From NCBI GenBank assembly GCA_000934665.2, contig JYFJ02001069.1:1-64000 (forward strand): 64,000 nt of DNA, read 5' to 3'. The stretch comes from Catajapyx aquilonaris. Taxonomy: Eukaryota. Positions 51,401 to 64,000 of the stretch are shown one piece after another; within the stretch, counting starts at the first letter, position 1, and the number at the start of each line of letters is the position of its first letter. Position numbers and translations under genes: made by a program. Below the pieces are notes generated by a model, which worked only from the letters and a program-made list of their open reading frames with translations, was not told the origin of the DNA and made no database searches.

Positions 51401-54400
51401 GGTCAAACATAAATATCTTTTGTGCTTGGTCTTATGCTTCATAAAACTCAACAAAATGAGGCCATTACTAATGCTATGTGCAATTTCAAGCCATGAAACA
51501 CACTTGTGTGCAGTCACCTGATAACTAATACAAAGTGCTACCTACGAATTACAGAGTCATGCCGGATGAGCCAATATAATGAAATTGCAGTTTCACTTCG
51601 CACTTATTACACAACACTACAAACCTTTGGCCGAATATAGCCATTAGCATAACTGCATGACAGCTCCATTCTAAGGTGGCAAAATGTCAATTCTAAGACG
51701 CTTACTGATACATTATGCAGGGAAAAACCGTGGGAAATTAACCTCGGGGCGAAAATTGCGCCTTATTTCCGCCGCGTCCTCAAAAACCAAACCCCTATTA
51801 CTTCGCCACAAATATCCTCCCCATTGCCCTTGATAAAAGCGCTGCATTTCACTGCATAATAATGAACTACGCAACTGCAAAAACACGCCACCGATCTACA
51901 ATCAGGCAAAAATCTCAAATAAAACAAACAAGGTCCAGGTAAAAAATACACAGGTAGGTTTCCTCACCAATTTCTTAATCCTGCTTCTAACCACATCTCT
52001 GATCCTACACTTGAGCCTCCTCAACCCCTGGTTATTCCACATGATACTACGGTACTGCGAGTGTCAGGCTGAACTGACCGCCTCCAATCTATCCATATCT
52101 GTCTGTCCTGGCAATCAAGACTTGATTTATTATCTCTACGTAGAAGCAAACCCAGTCTAGTGATGTCACCGTCCCCATTTCCTTCCTTCCTACGCAATCT
52201 CCATTCCCCTATACCTGAACCCCCTTGATATAAATATCCGGGCGGTTGAGTATCCAGGAATCATATTGACGAAAACTCGCGTCGGCTTGCAGGCCGCGGA
52301 AGACCACTTTGCTTTTCTTGGCTCCAAACCCATACTTTTCTCTCCTCCATTATGCCGACCTAGAAACACTCACGGCCTTTGATAAACTAGCCTACATCCC
52401 ATTGGAGCTTACAACCCTCTCTTCAGATAACATTCACTGCCCCAGCATTTTGCGAGAGATTTATTGGGGGAACAGACTCTCACACTTTCTGCAGGCCTGG
52501 CATACTCTGCCAGATAACTACAACGTAATGCTTTGTTGCTTGTGACATGTGACACGATTGGAGGTGTCGAGGACGGGTAATGGGGGGAAAAGGACCAAAA
52601 AATGTTGGGTCATGCATGGTGCAAAAACAGCTTCACACTGAACTGAAGGCACAATCAGATGACAGCGTGCTGTAAATGAATTTCACACACCATTCTCTCC
52701 TTGACTATCTGTTCTATTTCGGTAGCCATTTCCGCCGTCGTGCTGCCTTCCGGAGCCTTCACTGATAAACTGGACGACTGGAAGACAACGAATATGCAAC
52801 ATGTACTCACCAATAATCCAAACGCCGTCACAGGCCAGACATTTTCCAAAAAGAAACCCCTTAGTGACATGTCAATGTGACCATCGAAGGTTTTAAACCA
52901 CCTGTTTACTGGCCCAGATCACATTTCTATTTTTCCACCGACACAACCCACGTGCCTCATTAATGTCAGCACTTCCTGGTCGACCAGACGTCTGGATATC
53001 CACTCAAGTAGGACACACAGTATTTAAAACGTGTGACATAAGAAAGGGGTTAAGCTAAGGGCGCACTTTAGACATGGTTCGAGTGAGCTCTCGGAAACCC
53101 ATTTCCTCTCAAGTCCCGAGAAGGTTGCTACATGATGCAGACGGCCTGACAGCGAATCACTAACCGGCTGTCAAGAGTCACAATGACATAATGGAGACAT
53201 GAATGACTTTGCACATAAAGAGACACAACTGCGTCACAACGGATCAACATCCACTGACAACATCAGTGACACGAAGGCCGCCACCTCTGTACTCACCCTC
53301 TTTCCTTGAGAGTCCTCGGCTGCTGTGGACGCCCCTGAAGCCGCAGTCAAAAGTGACTGAGACAACGGCTTCATCGGTGGAGGTAGCTCCACTTCGTCCT
53401 CGCCTTCTTCGCTCTGCTGGTCCAGAGACTGCAGGGACAACGGTGGTTTCCCTGCCGGTGCTGCAGCAGCTGCCGCAGTGGTCTCCTCCTCCTCGTCTTC
53501 CTCTTCCGACTGGCCGGAGGTCATCAGGGCCTGCTTGTTGCCCATCTCTCCGGTCAACGGCAGCTGGAACAAAGGTGACCAAATCCACTCAAGATCCAGG
53601 TCGTCGCCCTGTGCATGCTCTTTTCTGCAGTGTCCAGCAGATTCCTACAAATCACCGTGCATGCATTAATGCCAACTTGGCACTCGCCAGAGCCTGGGCA
53701 TCGACATCACCACCACATGACTCATATCGTCAATCACCGAGGGGCGGAAACCCTTACCAAACATTGGCAGATAACAAGGGGCCGCTCTACCATGCCAGTT
53801 CCGGCCTGCAAAGTCCTCCAATGATTAATAGCCTGTGTACTTTAGCGCCATTTTTTTTTCAGTTCGTCACAGCTAAATTAGGCATGGCTTCCGGGTCAAA
53901 GCAGATTCCGGCAAAGAATCTGGCGTTGAACCTTATCAGCCGCATTTTTCGGGGTCACACGTACTTGAGACAAACTCACGCTCCAAAGTCCGCGCTCAAA
54001 GTTCAATATTATTTTGTTATTTTTGTACTCACTTTAAGCTGCTTGTCTGAACTGGTCTTTTTCAGCGGAGGCGGCTTGGACGTCTCCGGCACCGAAGGCG
54101 CCTTCTCCAATTTGCCTTGGCTCAGCTTCCGAAGAGGCGGCGGCAACCATTTTCTGAAACACAACGTCACCCACTCAAATATAATGCACATAGTGTCTGA
54201 AACAAAGTAAACGAGCCAGCCCACAGCTTGGGGCCGAAAGAGGGCAGAGGTCAAGAGTCGGCCAGCATTGCTTGCGCTCCAGGCAAACAAGCCCATTGCC
54301 CATGACAGCCAGCAACATAGTGGTTATCTCCGATGGCCGCCTGCCAACCCCATTTCTCGTCCATACACATACACACATCTCCTGTGCAGGATGACTGCCC

Positions 54401-57400
54401 CGGACGTCGATGCTGGGACAGGCCAAAAATGAGGCCAGCAGCTGTGTGTACGTATGCGCGCGCGCGATTTCTTTTTTACTACCCAAGATAAAAGGCGGCC
54501 TCGACCTTAACCCGCCAACCAGTCCTGAATTGACCAACAGCACTGACTCACTCATACATCCATCGGTCAAAGTTCGAACTTACGATTGCTGGAAACCATT
54601 GGGTGGGCCGAATAATGTGACCAAATTGTTGCCAAGTTCTATACTCACCGACTGAAAACGCGTCGCTTGTTGACGGGCGAGGTTCCTGTGGCGCCCGTCG
54701 CCTCCTCCGACGCCGACGCCCCGCCACCGGCCTCTGTAACAAACAAACAGACGGTTACGCCATGTTCCGCACCTGACTGGGACGTCCCACTGCCTTTGTA
54801 CCTAAGATACTGTGCAAGACCATGCCGGATTTGAACGACCTCCTAAGACCACTCAGCTTCCTCCGAGACGAGGAGGAGGCCATCTCTACCCTGTCTAGCC
54901 TGCACAAGACGCTCCCTCGATTTCCCCAGAATTCCTAGCCTTGCACCGCGGTTTTGACACGGAAACGACATTTCCTTCTTCCTGCGCCTACTATCGCCAC
55001 CTCCCAGCAACGGGTTAACTCAGTCAAGCACCGCATCCGTACAGTATAGGTCCCCAAATGCTAGTGTGTGCGAATATGTGCCAGGGATGGTGGAGGGGAT
55101 GGATAGATGGGGGGCATGGGCGCCCACTCACTCTGCAAAGCCCTTACCGGGAGTGACCAAGGCTGTCCACTGACTACAAGTACACACCACAAGCCGGTGC
55201 CTAGCAAGTGGGTCAGCAAGGGGCGCCACTTGGCATCATCTGGTCAGGTGTCTCGCACCACTGAGGGACACCTCCCGACTCCTATCAACTGGACACGAAC
55301 CAAGCTGCAAATACCTCGCCCGCCACCCACTATAATATACCCTTGCCCGCTCCTGTCCTATTCATAGCCTGGCCTATCCTCCACGAGTTGAGTGGCGCGC
55401 TTTGCCTTCTTTATACTACGCAAATTGCACGCAACTTCCACTCAAGAACAGTGCGTGGCTCGTGTCACTCTCCCGTCACTCTGGTACACTGTCCGTCCTG
55501 GCACCCTTCCCGGCTTTCCTTCCCCCAATGCAAATGATGCTCATTTCCGGACACTTCCCGGAGCCATTGACACCGCTTACGTAACGGGCGTTGTTGTTGC
55601 GGGTGTTTCCCAGCACCCCCGAATCAATCAACTGGCAGGGACGGATCTCCCGCGGCCATGCCCAGCGCCTGGGACCTAAAATAATATTTGGCAGCCCGCG
55701 TAGCTCTACCCCTCTACTCCCCCGTGCACTTTTCTGCACACCCAGGACAAATCGCCCGCTAACTCTTCTTTCCCCGCTTCCTACTAATTGAGGTGCCATT
55801 TGCACGGAGATCACCCGGGACGTTGACACACGCCTCTCCCTTTCAACTCGCATTAGCCGCCTTTCAGCAGATACGCAGGGTTGGGGGACCAAACCCTGCG
55901 TGTGGTCCGATACCAGTCTCAACCGGAGTCAATCGGGCGCGAAGAAGCCTCTTGAGATCTCTTACCGAAAAGATAACATAGCACATATGATCCACCCACG
56001 TATACAGTACACACGGTGAACATAGTTGCATGCGGATTGGACAGGCGGATTATTGGACTGCAACCGGGTGTGGGTGCGGGGGAGGAAGGCCTTGGTTGTG
56101 GGAGGTGCCGGCTGCATTGATCTCTCTGCAGAAGGAAGAAAAGGCACCAGACTCCTATCTAGCCACCCCCGAAAATTTTGTCTTGGACCACCCCCCCTTT
56201 TACCGTACGCACAAAATGTCCAGGGTCCCGCAAAAAAAAAAAAAAAAAAATGGCGCCAACACTTATGTAAGGACAAGGCCAAGGACGTCCACTCGGTTTT
56301 TTCCTTCTTCCGACTCAAGCCTTGCACCCACTTTAAACCGCCAGCAGGTGGCTTATCCGCCAATTACCCAACCCGCACCTCCTTAAAAAAATTATGACCG
56401 CTCGTTCGCTTCTTACTTGCACTTTCGGCAGTTGTTTCGCGGACTATGTTGATTCATGGCTAGGTTTAAATTGACGCGGGACCTTGTAACCATTCTTTCA
56501 ACAAAAATGAGCGGAAGGAGGCGCGATGATATTTGCACCTACCAGCAAATGACCATGATGGCACGCAACACCACGTGGCAAGGTGATGTGTCACACGGCA
56601 TCACTACCCTATACGAGTGGGTGATTCCACGCTTGCGGGGTGAAGAGGAGACGGACCTGGTCCAACCGACTCCCGGAGACTGAGCTTCAGACTCCCAGCA
56701 GCAGAATAGACGCAGCAAGAGAAAGTGAGGTTGCCATTTTGCAAAACCTTGCCACCACGTTGCCAAGTCGCGCACGTGCCCCTCACACTCTCTAATGGCT
56801 CGTGACGACAAATAAAAACACAATCACGTCACGGCTTTCCTGGAAATTATGCTCCATCCCTATTAATTTACGACACCACCCACTTTCCTGCGGGGTGAAA
56901 ATTGTCATCCGTTCCCATTTATAAATCGGGAACGTACATAACCTGACCTGACCCTACCTTGAGTGGACAGCTCCGAGAGGAAGCCTTGGGCGAACCGGAT
57001 GGCGCTCTGGAAGGAAGCGGTCCACTCTCCCTCCGAACCCATGCCTGGTGAGGTAGGGCAAAACCAGGGGTGTCTGCTGGGTTCACATTTGGCCTCTGCC
57101 TTCACCCCCCCGGAGCTTTTGTCGGCTGCGGGGCACCCATTGATCCCCGCAGCCTCCCCCCCCCCNCCCCCCCCCCCCCCGGATGGATCGCATCGATCTC
57201 TCCCTCCTCCCAGCTGCCCACCACCATTTATACACATACATCACACCGGACTGTCCTCTCCTGCCCTTATCACAGGTGACATCATTTAAGATCCGGATCA
57301 CCTTGCATGCCCGGAGCTCAATTCCATTCCGGAGCAACGGCACGCATTCAGATGAATTCCGGATTCTGCTGCTGAATATACGGGGGTGTGGAAGTCAGGG

Positions 57401-60400
57401 AGGCGGGGAGGCTTATAGATATGGATCTGGTTAACGCGAGCGAGATTCAGTGTATGATCCATGCGCGTTTTGCCAACTGGTGCCACACAAATACACTGTC
57501 TACACCGGGGTAACCTTGCATCTGACAGCACCCCGCATTTCTGGGATTCTCGGCTGGTTTGCTCTAAAAGGGAGATTAGTGGTCTGCAAATTTAGCGCTT
57601 ATCATATCAGCTATTAGTTAAGGTCATTGCAAAGTATGTTTGAAAACTACTGGCCCCATTGGCTATTGACTGTGAGGGTTTGGTTGGAGCGGCAATTTGG
57701 CAGGACCCCGACACTTCGCTGTACTGTGATACACCTCAAGACTAATAAGATGTCCTTGTCAGCGCTTCCCGTAATTAGAAAATTCCCCGTTGACACAGCT
57801 TAGTCCCAAATCTAATAAGCGTAACCGTACCTAATTGCCGTCCCTAATGTAGGACCAACTGTTATGCAAAATTATACAACTATAATGTTAAAGTAACTGA
57901 TTTTTCACGCCGCTAATGCCTACATTTTGTTAACGAAAACTGATAATTTCCGCCTGACAGGAACAGATTCTCCTCCTGACGGGAAAATAACGATTCCGTA
58001 CAGCTACATCCCGCCGCATCAAGGTTGGAAAGTTGGAACAACAAAAAGCCTACAGGAATAATTTGCGTCGAGTAAATCGCTTTAGTGGGTTTTCTCTCTT
58101 TAAAAAAGCAGCGTTTACCTCCTCAATTGAGTTACAAAAATTGCGCCCACAAGGCCGTCCCATGCAAACTATCTCTGGCGCTAATAAAACCGCAAACATC
58201 GCTCAACACTACGTAAATCAAACCCCCTGAAATCATACCTAAATCAGGAAGTAACGGTCCTCGCCGCAATCTCCCGCAAAATCTCCCGAACCTATGTCAG
58301 ACACCCCCTCCTCCCCACTGCACTGGTGACGTCAACTCGAGAAAAGACGACGGACGTGCATATGTGTGTCTCCAAGGCTGTAGACTTCTGCGAGGGTGTC
58401 GCGTACATTAAAATCATGCTGGTAGAGTCAATCTTCTGGCCTTCGCATCTTCCAACTCGCGTCCTTGCCAGGGTTGAGACATTTGTCCCATTTGCGGGGC
58501 ATTACAGTGCGCAGGAATGTTGCGGTGTCATCTGGTGTCACAAACCGTTGGGGAAGCATAAACCCCGGGCTAATATTACCAGGCGGATCGCATATTCAAG
58601 CTGCCACCTCATTATCACAGGAGGCGTGTAAATATCACGAATGCGGCACATTTAAAGGTACTCGTGTATAATTTCCACAGGTCGTCATGTCTATACGCGC
58701 AAGTTGATTAGGGATGCAAGCCACGGAGGGTCATTCCCTATAGTCGAGGTCATTTAATTCCTGTTGCGGTTGGTGGTATGCGCCGGGTGATTTTGCGACT
58801 CATGATGTGCAAGTGGTAACCACAGTCTTCGTCACGCGGTAAGGATATGTTAGTCGGTGGGGTGCCGATTAAATTACAGCTCCAGCTATTGTAGTCGATC
58901 GAAACGAGAAAGGTTTCGAATTAGGTCATGCAAGATAACCATAATGAATCTGATATAATGCTAGTCTTAAGTGCAGGTATAGAATGGCTGCCTCGAGTTA
59001 CTTTTCTCACCGCAGGTAGCCACTGGAAAGTTCTAGTAACTTACTAGTAACTTCCAAACTTAATTTGAGCGTTAACAAGATTTCCCGACACTGAAAGGCT
59101 TCAGCCCAGTGCAAGAATACTTTTTACACGTCTCCATTCCCACCCCAAGTCCTGTTTCTACCGGCACAGTTTTTGTTTGGCTCAAAAAAATGTGGCCGAT
59201 TTTTGTGTCGTTGGAAGCCGTCCTTTTGTGTCCAACAATAATAATTCTCGTCCTTGTCGTCGTAAACTTCCTTTCGCGCTATTGCCTTTTCGAACTTGTC
59301 GCAATTGACCGGCATCACGCTGCTTCCCTTACAGGAGTTGAATACGCAGAAAAGCGGATGTTTCTCAAGAACCTTTACAGGCACATTCAGGGGATTTTTT
59401 CTCCAAACTTTGCCAGCACGTGCAACAGATCAAGAGATTACCATTGACTGTAATGTGCAATTTCATCTCAGGAATACCGTACTGAAATAGCAATATCAAC
59501 ACCGGGCTATACTTTAATTATATTTGCAATATTTGGTGATGTCCTTGTCTGAAATCAAAGCATAGTTCAACTGTAGGCCTCTGCTTACCTATTCAGCGAA
59601 TGTAAACATAAATTAAGCCCACCGCACTGCAACTACCTAGCTGCAAACACTCCGCAATTTTTTTCTCTCCCAATTTCCCAGGCTAACCAAAAAGCCCTTT
59701 CATCCAAGCTAGCTGCAACCCTCAAGTGAATGCCATAGGTTAGTGCAGCCGGATAACACACGTACTGTACAGCTGCAGCCCGGTTTCCTGGGTGCTGCAG
59801 CAACAGCAGGCCTCAAAAGTGCCCTAACCGGCTGAAAATGGCGTGGCACCGCTGCATAATAATTAGGCACACTTTGCATATACATCATCTCCCAATTACC
59901 GCTGTCACATCGCAAAACGGAACTTGGCTATCTGGCGCCTGGATCCTCCACTTCCAAGGCACTTCCCTCCACACCCCTCGCGTGAGACCGCAATAAAACC
60001 ACCGTGGGCGACCCCTACCATTGGCGCATATCCTCCTGGTACAGCAGCATCCTTGTCAACCTGTACCAGCACAGTGTGGTCTCCCCAATGCCACCTGTGG
60101 CCGCATTGTCAAAGCAGCGCTTCCTGCCCGGCCCTCCTGTCCTCTACCGGCCCGACTCTCAATCGTTTTCCCCTTTGAAGAAAAGCGCTGTGTCTATCCT
60201 CCCACCTCCCGCTGGCTGCGATATGAGAAGATACCAATGCAGTAAAGAGCCAATTATCCCATCAGCCAACAATAATTTCCCCTGCAGCCAGTGGGGGGGT
60301 TCCTACACATTCAGGCGAGAACGGCGCACCGGTCGACAATTAGCAGCCTTCCTTCCGACGTCCCCTTCTTACACATGGTACATACCATTGCAAATGAGAA

Positions 60401-62651
60401 TCGATGGGATTACACATACCAGGTGCTACTCTTTTGCAATTCAAACTATTCGCAAAAAAAAAAGTGTCAAATTACTGCTCGGGTGTGGTACAGCTGGTCT
60501 ACACCCTCCACCCAGCTGGTGTATGACAACAACGACTGCGGTATACATGTATAAGTAAAATGCTACATAATAGAGGGGGCTTAATGAAACATTTTACTTG
60601 CGGCAGACTGAGTACACGTATCTAATCTTCTGCAGCCTACACTACCGGCGGAGGCGTATTTATGGCCACTGACACTCGGTGCAGACCGGATTTTGTAGCA
60701 ACCTACCCTTCCCTTCTCTCGAATTAAACGTGGCATGAACCGGCAATTAGCTACTGATAATCCGTACACCAACGCCTGAGTAAACTGTGTCGCAAACTGA
60801 TCCGAACACAGTTATCAAGAACAGTAATATTATGTAAGATGTTTATCCTGAAAGTCACGCATCCCACCGCAAAGGGTGTAGTGCAGGAAAACTATAGTAC
60901 AGGGGTAACGGACGAGATTCACTCGAGACTCACCTGATTGCCAAACTTTGTATTCTCACGCATTTGTGAGCTATCAAAAAATTGCTCGAGAAATTGCACC
61001 ATATCGAATATAATATGAGCAATAAAATACGACCTCGCATTAGCACCTTACATAATTTCGGATGCTATAGATTGCTAAATCGCACCACATATGGTGGATA
61101 TCAATATATTTCTTATGTAGAATTTGTGTCCCTGTAAATACTTCTATATCCAGAATGCCTGGAGTCACGACAATAAAGGATGGCCTCCTGCTATGATCAA
61201 TTACCCTTCAAACTACTGTACTTACAACAACCACTGCGGCCGATTCGGTACAATTCCGGATATTCTGATAGCTATACACATGTCTATACATGTGTCTTGA
61301 TATTAAGTGAGTGGGGGGCTGTGAGGCTATATGCTGGGCCAGCCCCCCCCCCCCCCCCCCCCCCNTACCCAGATAACACCTGCAATCCCTATTTCAGTAT
61401 TGCCCACGTGCACCTTACATACTGATAGGCCTATACTATACGAGAATCGGTCATTAACACACAAGTGTAAATGGTGGCTACGTTATCTGTAATTTATGGC
61501 CGATTAGCACCTAAATATTTCACCAACTCTTCAAATCGACTGTAGTACAGTCCGAACAGTACGCAACGATGCACTACGCCATGAAATTTCTCATAGGCAA
61601 TCAACCTGCATGGATGTATAATGTCGTACAGTGCCTCATTCGCCAGAGAATATGAACATGTAAAAGCCGAGGCACGGTGCTACGACAGCCGTTAACAACA
61701 AAATCGTTGTAACCAGTCTACAGTATAGCTTACCGCAGAAAAAGACAGAGAAAAACTGGGGCAAAAAAGAGGAGTTTGTGACGCAGAAAAACTGCTTCGC
61801 AGTAAGGCGGGCGCGGCAAGCATGCGGAAGGGCTCTGATTCCTGCTGACTCGTGTCTAATGACAGCCAAAACGTCAACTCCTGGCCAATATCTTCCGGTA
61901 CGAGATTCCTCAATATGGCTATTAAGTCTTACACCAATCAGGCGGCTTGGTGGTTCAACAAGGCTCGTATTTCTCCCTGGTGTGAATCCCGTTATCAGGC
62001 GGTTCCCCGGATTGTATTGATTGCATTGTGTATGGTATATAGGGTATAGTCTCACGGGCTATACGGGGCTGATACAACGTGCAAAATAAATGCAAAAAAA
62101 AACAACCTCACCATACCAATGATTGATCCAAGAGCCAGCCTTACGATCCGCTTCCCCCGGTAATGTCGACCTATAACGAAGGAGTAGCTGCTTCCAAGAT
62201 ACGCTTGGCTGTCAATCCCTTAATGAGCGAAGGTGATCAAAAGTTTCGCCAAGACGACAAAAGTTACGGCATGCTTGGCTGCCCAAATTGCCCATCACCG
62301 GAAGGAGGCAAACAATGAAAACAGACCTGCGGGGGCAGCAGCCGGCTGATGATCCTCTGCGGCGGGGAAGGGTCGGGGCGTCCTGATGGTGGCCGGGGGG
62401 CCGCCCGCGGGCGACGAAGACGACGAAGAGGCAGCCGGGGGCGGCTGCTTCAGCACCGACATTGGCAGGAGACCCTCCACCGGTGAATCCCCGGCGGCCA
62501 TGGGCTGGAGGCGGACCAGGCACAGGTCGCCCCCGGGGCCGCCCCCGCTCGCCTCCACCACTTCAACCTGCTGCCCTTTCGTCACCGTCAGCTCCTGAGA
62601 TCCGGGGGCCGCTCTGTGGTCTGCTATCACCCAGGTCATCTCTACAGCACC
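39490..62651 (-). CDS. trio: Trio/Kalirin family Rho guanine exchange factor, 3' part (SH3, DH2-PH2, SH3, Ig, Ser/Thr kinase); 5' exons lie beyond the window
   Basis: Exons (minus): 62651-62327, 54733-54649, 54153-54033, 53563-53297, 52777-52691, 51310-50796, 49512-49353, 49293-49066, 48667-48476, 48416-48181, 44824-44437, ~43813-43304 (acceptor weak), 42986-42773, 42390-41967, 41890-41752, 41561-41299, 39943-39742, 39576-39490. Phases consistent, 4443 nt. Motifs: SH3 [92 protein letters not shown]; Ig DSGEYVCLA; kinase [29 protein letters not shown]. Confidence 0.95.
40009..40861. mobile_element. Non-autonomous hAT-type element (MITE) in a Trio kinase-domain intron
   Basis: 21-bp TIR tagagtcaggatttttaggca / tgcctaaaaatccggactcta (1 mismatch). 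Exact 8-bp target duplication ATTATGAC at 40001-40008 and 40862-40869. Repeated subterminal (t)gcctatt motifs; no transposase ORF. Confidence 0.88.
40120..40293 (-). mobile_element. Short non-autonomous Helitron nested in the hAT MITE
   Basis: Minus strand reads A|TCTATAATATTAAAATT...GCGAGCGGAGCGAGGGTTTTCCTAG|T. It has a 5' TC, a 3' CTAG, an A/T insertion site and no TSD. Confidence 0.7.
46986..47040. repeat. Interrupted (TAG)n/(TAA)n microsatellite
   Basis: gtagtagtagtagtagcaataataacattagtaatagtagtagtagtagtaat. Confidence 0.8.
56958..57237 (-). CDS. Candidate alternative first coding exon of a short (GEF2-containing) Trio isoform
   Basis: ATG-initiated [34 protein letters not shown] ends in a phase-1 donor CAAG|gtaggg. 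This matches the phase-1 acceptor of Trio exon 54733. A poly-C tract containing an N makes the upstream frame uncertain. Confidence 0.55.
59920..60170 (+). mobile_element. Possible decayed LINE reverse-transcriptase fragment
   Basis: ..[20 protein letters not shown] loosely resembles the RPILEYASPVWSP motif of non-LTR RT C-termini. Similar weak remnants occur near 52230-52380 ([12 protein letters not shown]-like). Confidence 0.3.
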
Positions 62652-64000
62652 CTGTGGTACGAAATGGACACATTTGTAACATCTCAAGTCGAATTCAAAT
62701 TCCACTAATTCCATGTACCGGTACCAATAACGCTCGAATATTAAAATGTCAAATGACCGACTCAGAGGGTTGACGTTATCAGTGTGTGTCGTGATTCATG
62801 TGCTGCTCATACCATTCATGCGTGTCAGCAAACCTGCGGCACAGGCCGCGCAAGAGTGCAAATACGTGTGGTCGCCCCCTTTAACAGCACGCTATACCAG
62901 AATAATGAGCATATTTACATTTATGGGCTTTCAAAAACCTAAATAATGTGCCAGGGAATGTTACTATGTTAGGAATCCTTTTATTAAAACTATCTAAGTT
63001 TATTACACTAAAATAAAAGCTACTGAGAGTGAAGATGTGATCGATACAAGACGTTCATTTATTTCTATATAAACTTGGTATTCCAAGACAGCAACTACAC
63101 TGAAATACGCGAGTTTGCTTATTTCATTGGTATATCAAATTACCCACGGCTGGAAAACATCAGAGTGGGAAAGTCGTAGTGCACACCAAACAAGTCAGCA
63201 ATTTCCTTATATTGGCTTGGGGAAGTGTTTGAAGTGGCTGCAAACGTTCGGAAACCTGGAAAATCCATGACTGCTCCGATTGAACTTCCCTATTCATTAT
63301 TGTTGACAAGTTTCCAGTGGCTAGGTCGCATGCAAATCGTCTGTTGCCCTTTCAATTACCCAACACTTGCAATTGCTGAACCGATCCAGTTCACAAAAAC
63401 GTAATGAAATAACGAGTCTGTAAGTATACGCTTTAACCCCGTCCGATTGCCGTAATTTCTTTAATCCGTAGCGTTCAGAATCGGGCCACGCAGGCAGGAC
63501 CCACGGGGAAAGAATAGGGGAGGGAGAGGGGACAGCCAGCCAACTCCTGATCATCTAATTTGATCGATCTGTGGTCCCGTAAGACCACTTTGGCCAGCAG
63601 GCAGCCAGAAGATCTTGATGATCCAGCAGAACCTAACGCACCTGCTGCTTCACCCAACCTCTGTCCTTTCGCATCCTTTTCTTCTTCCAATTCTTCCTCC
63701 CACGCCTATAGCTTGGCCACACACCAAGGGCTATCGGTCTTTCCCACGGTGACCTGCCCTACTACGGCATCCTCCGCGTAGGTCCTTGAGAAATGACCCT
63801 TGACCTTTGCGAGAGGTGGATCTGGAGGATCCTCCAAGGCTGCTGCTGCCACCGACGATCGATACTATGGCCTAGAACGGGGCAGCCGTGCCGGATAGGT
63901 AGCGGACCAGCAGTGTACATATGACGGTATCATCTACACCCTTTCAGTTATACGGGCGTTGCAAATCCGCCAGCACAAAGGTGACTCCCGGAATATATGA

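Noticed and set aside
53203..54210. 335-aa plus-strand ORF, the longest in the track
   Set aside because: It is the antisense shadow of two GC-rich Trio exons plus intron and has no recognisable domain.
57154..57180. Poly-C tract with an N (also 61343-61365) as a G-quadruplex or frameshift signal
   Set aside because: Homopolymer length is unreliable given the ambiguous base and is likely a sequencing limitation.
63300..64000. Possible Trio exon or retroelement fragment at the window end
   Set aside because: No Trio PH1-like sequence or clean splice pair. LPAWP is only a faint DIRS-like hint and is not supportable.

Overview
This is eukaryotic, intron-rich genomic DNA, most likely from an arthropod (inferred from gene content). 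It is not prokaryotic, so most entries in the ORF track are noise or exon fragments. I assembled three minus-strand spliced genes by hand from GT-AG junctions with consistent phases. (1) A complete 10-exon MARCHF6/Doa10-type RING-CH E3 ligase (867-9152, ~956 aa). (2) A complete 15-exon SCY1-like 2 pseudokinase resembling Drosophila bma/CG34356 (15271-34530, ~839 aa). (3) The 3' part (18 exons, 39490-62651) of a Trio/Kalirin RhoGEF that keeps a C-terminal SH3-Ig-Ser/Thr kinase tail. A small 79-aa membrane-protein gene lies head-to-head with MARCHF6 on the plus strand. Introns carry an internally deleted mariner, a mariner-derived fold-back element, a hAT-type MITE with a nested Helitron, a second related Helitron, LINE debris and two perfect palindromes. 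I see no CRISPR array, rRNA or tRNA, and no wholly new system. The best leads are isoform-level: a stop-overlapping splice donor that toggles Trio's kinase tail, an internal Trio first exon, and a Cys-rich, AUG-less in-frame extension upstream of the SCYL2-like gene. No database searches were run; family calls rest on recognised motifs.
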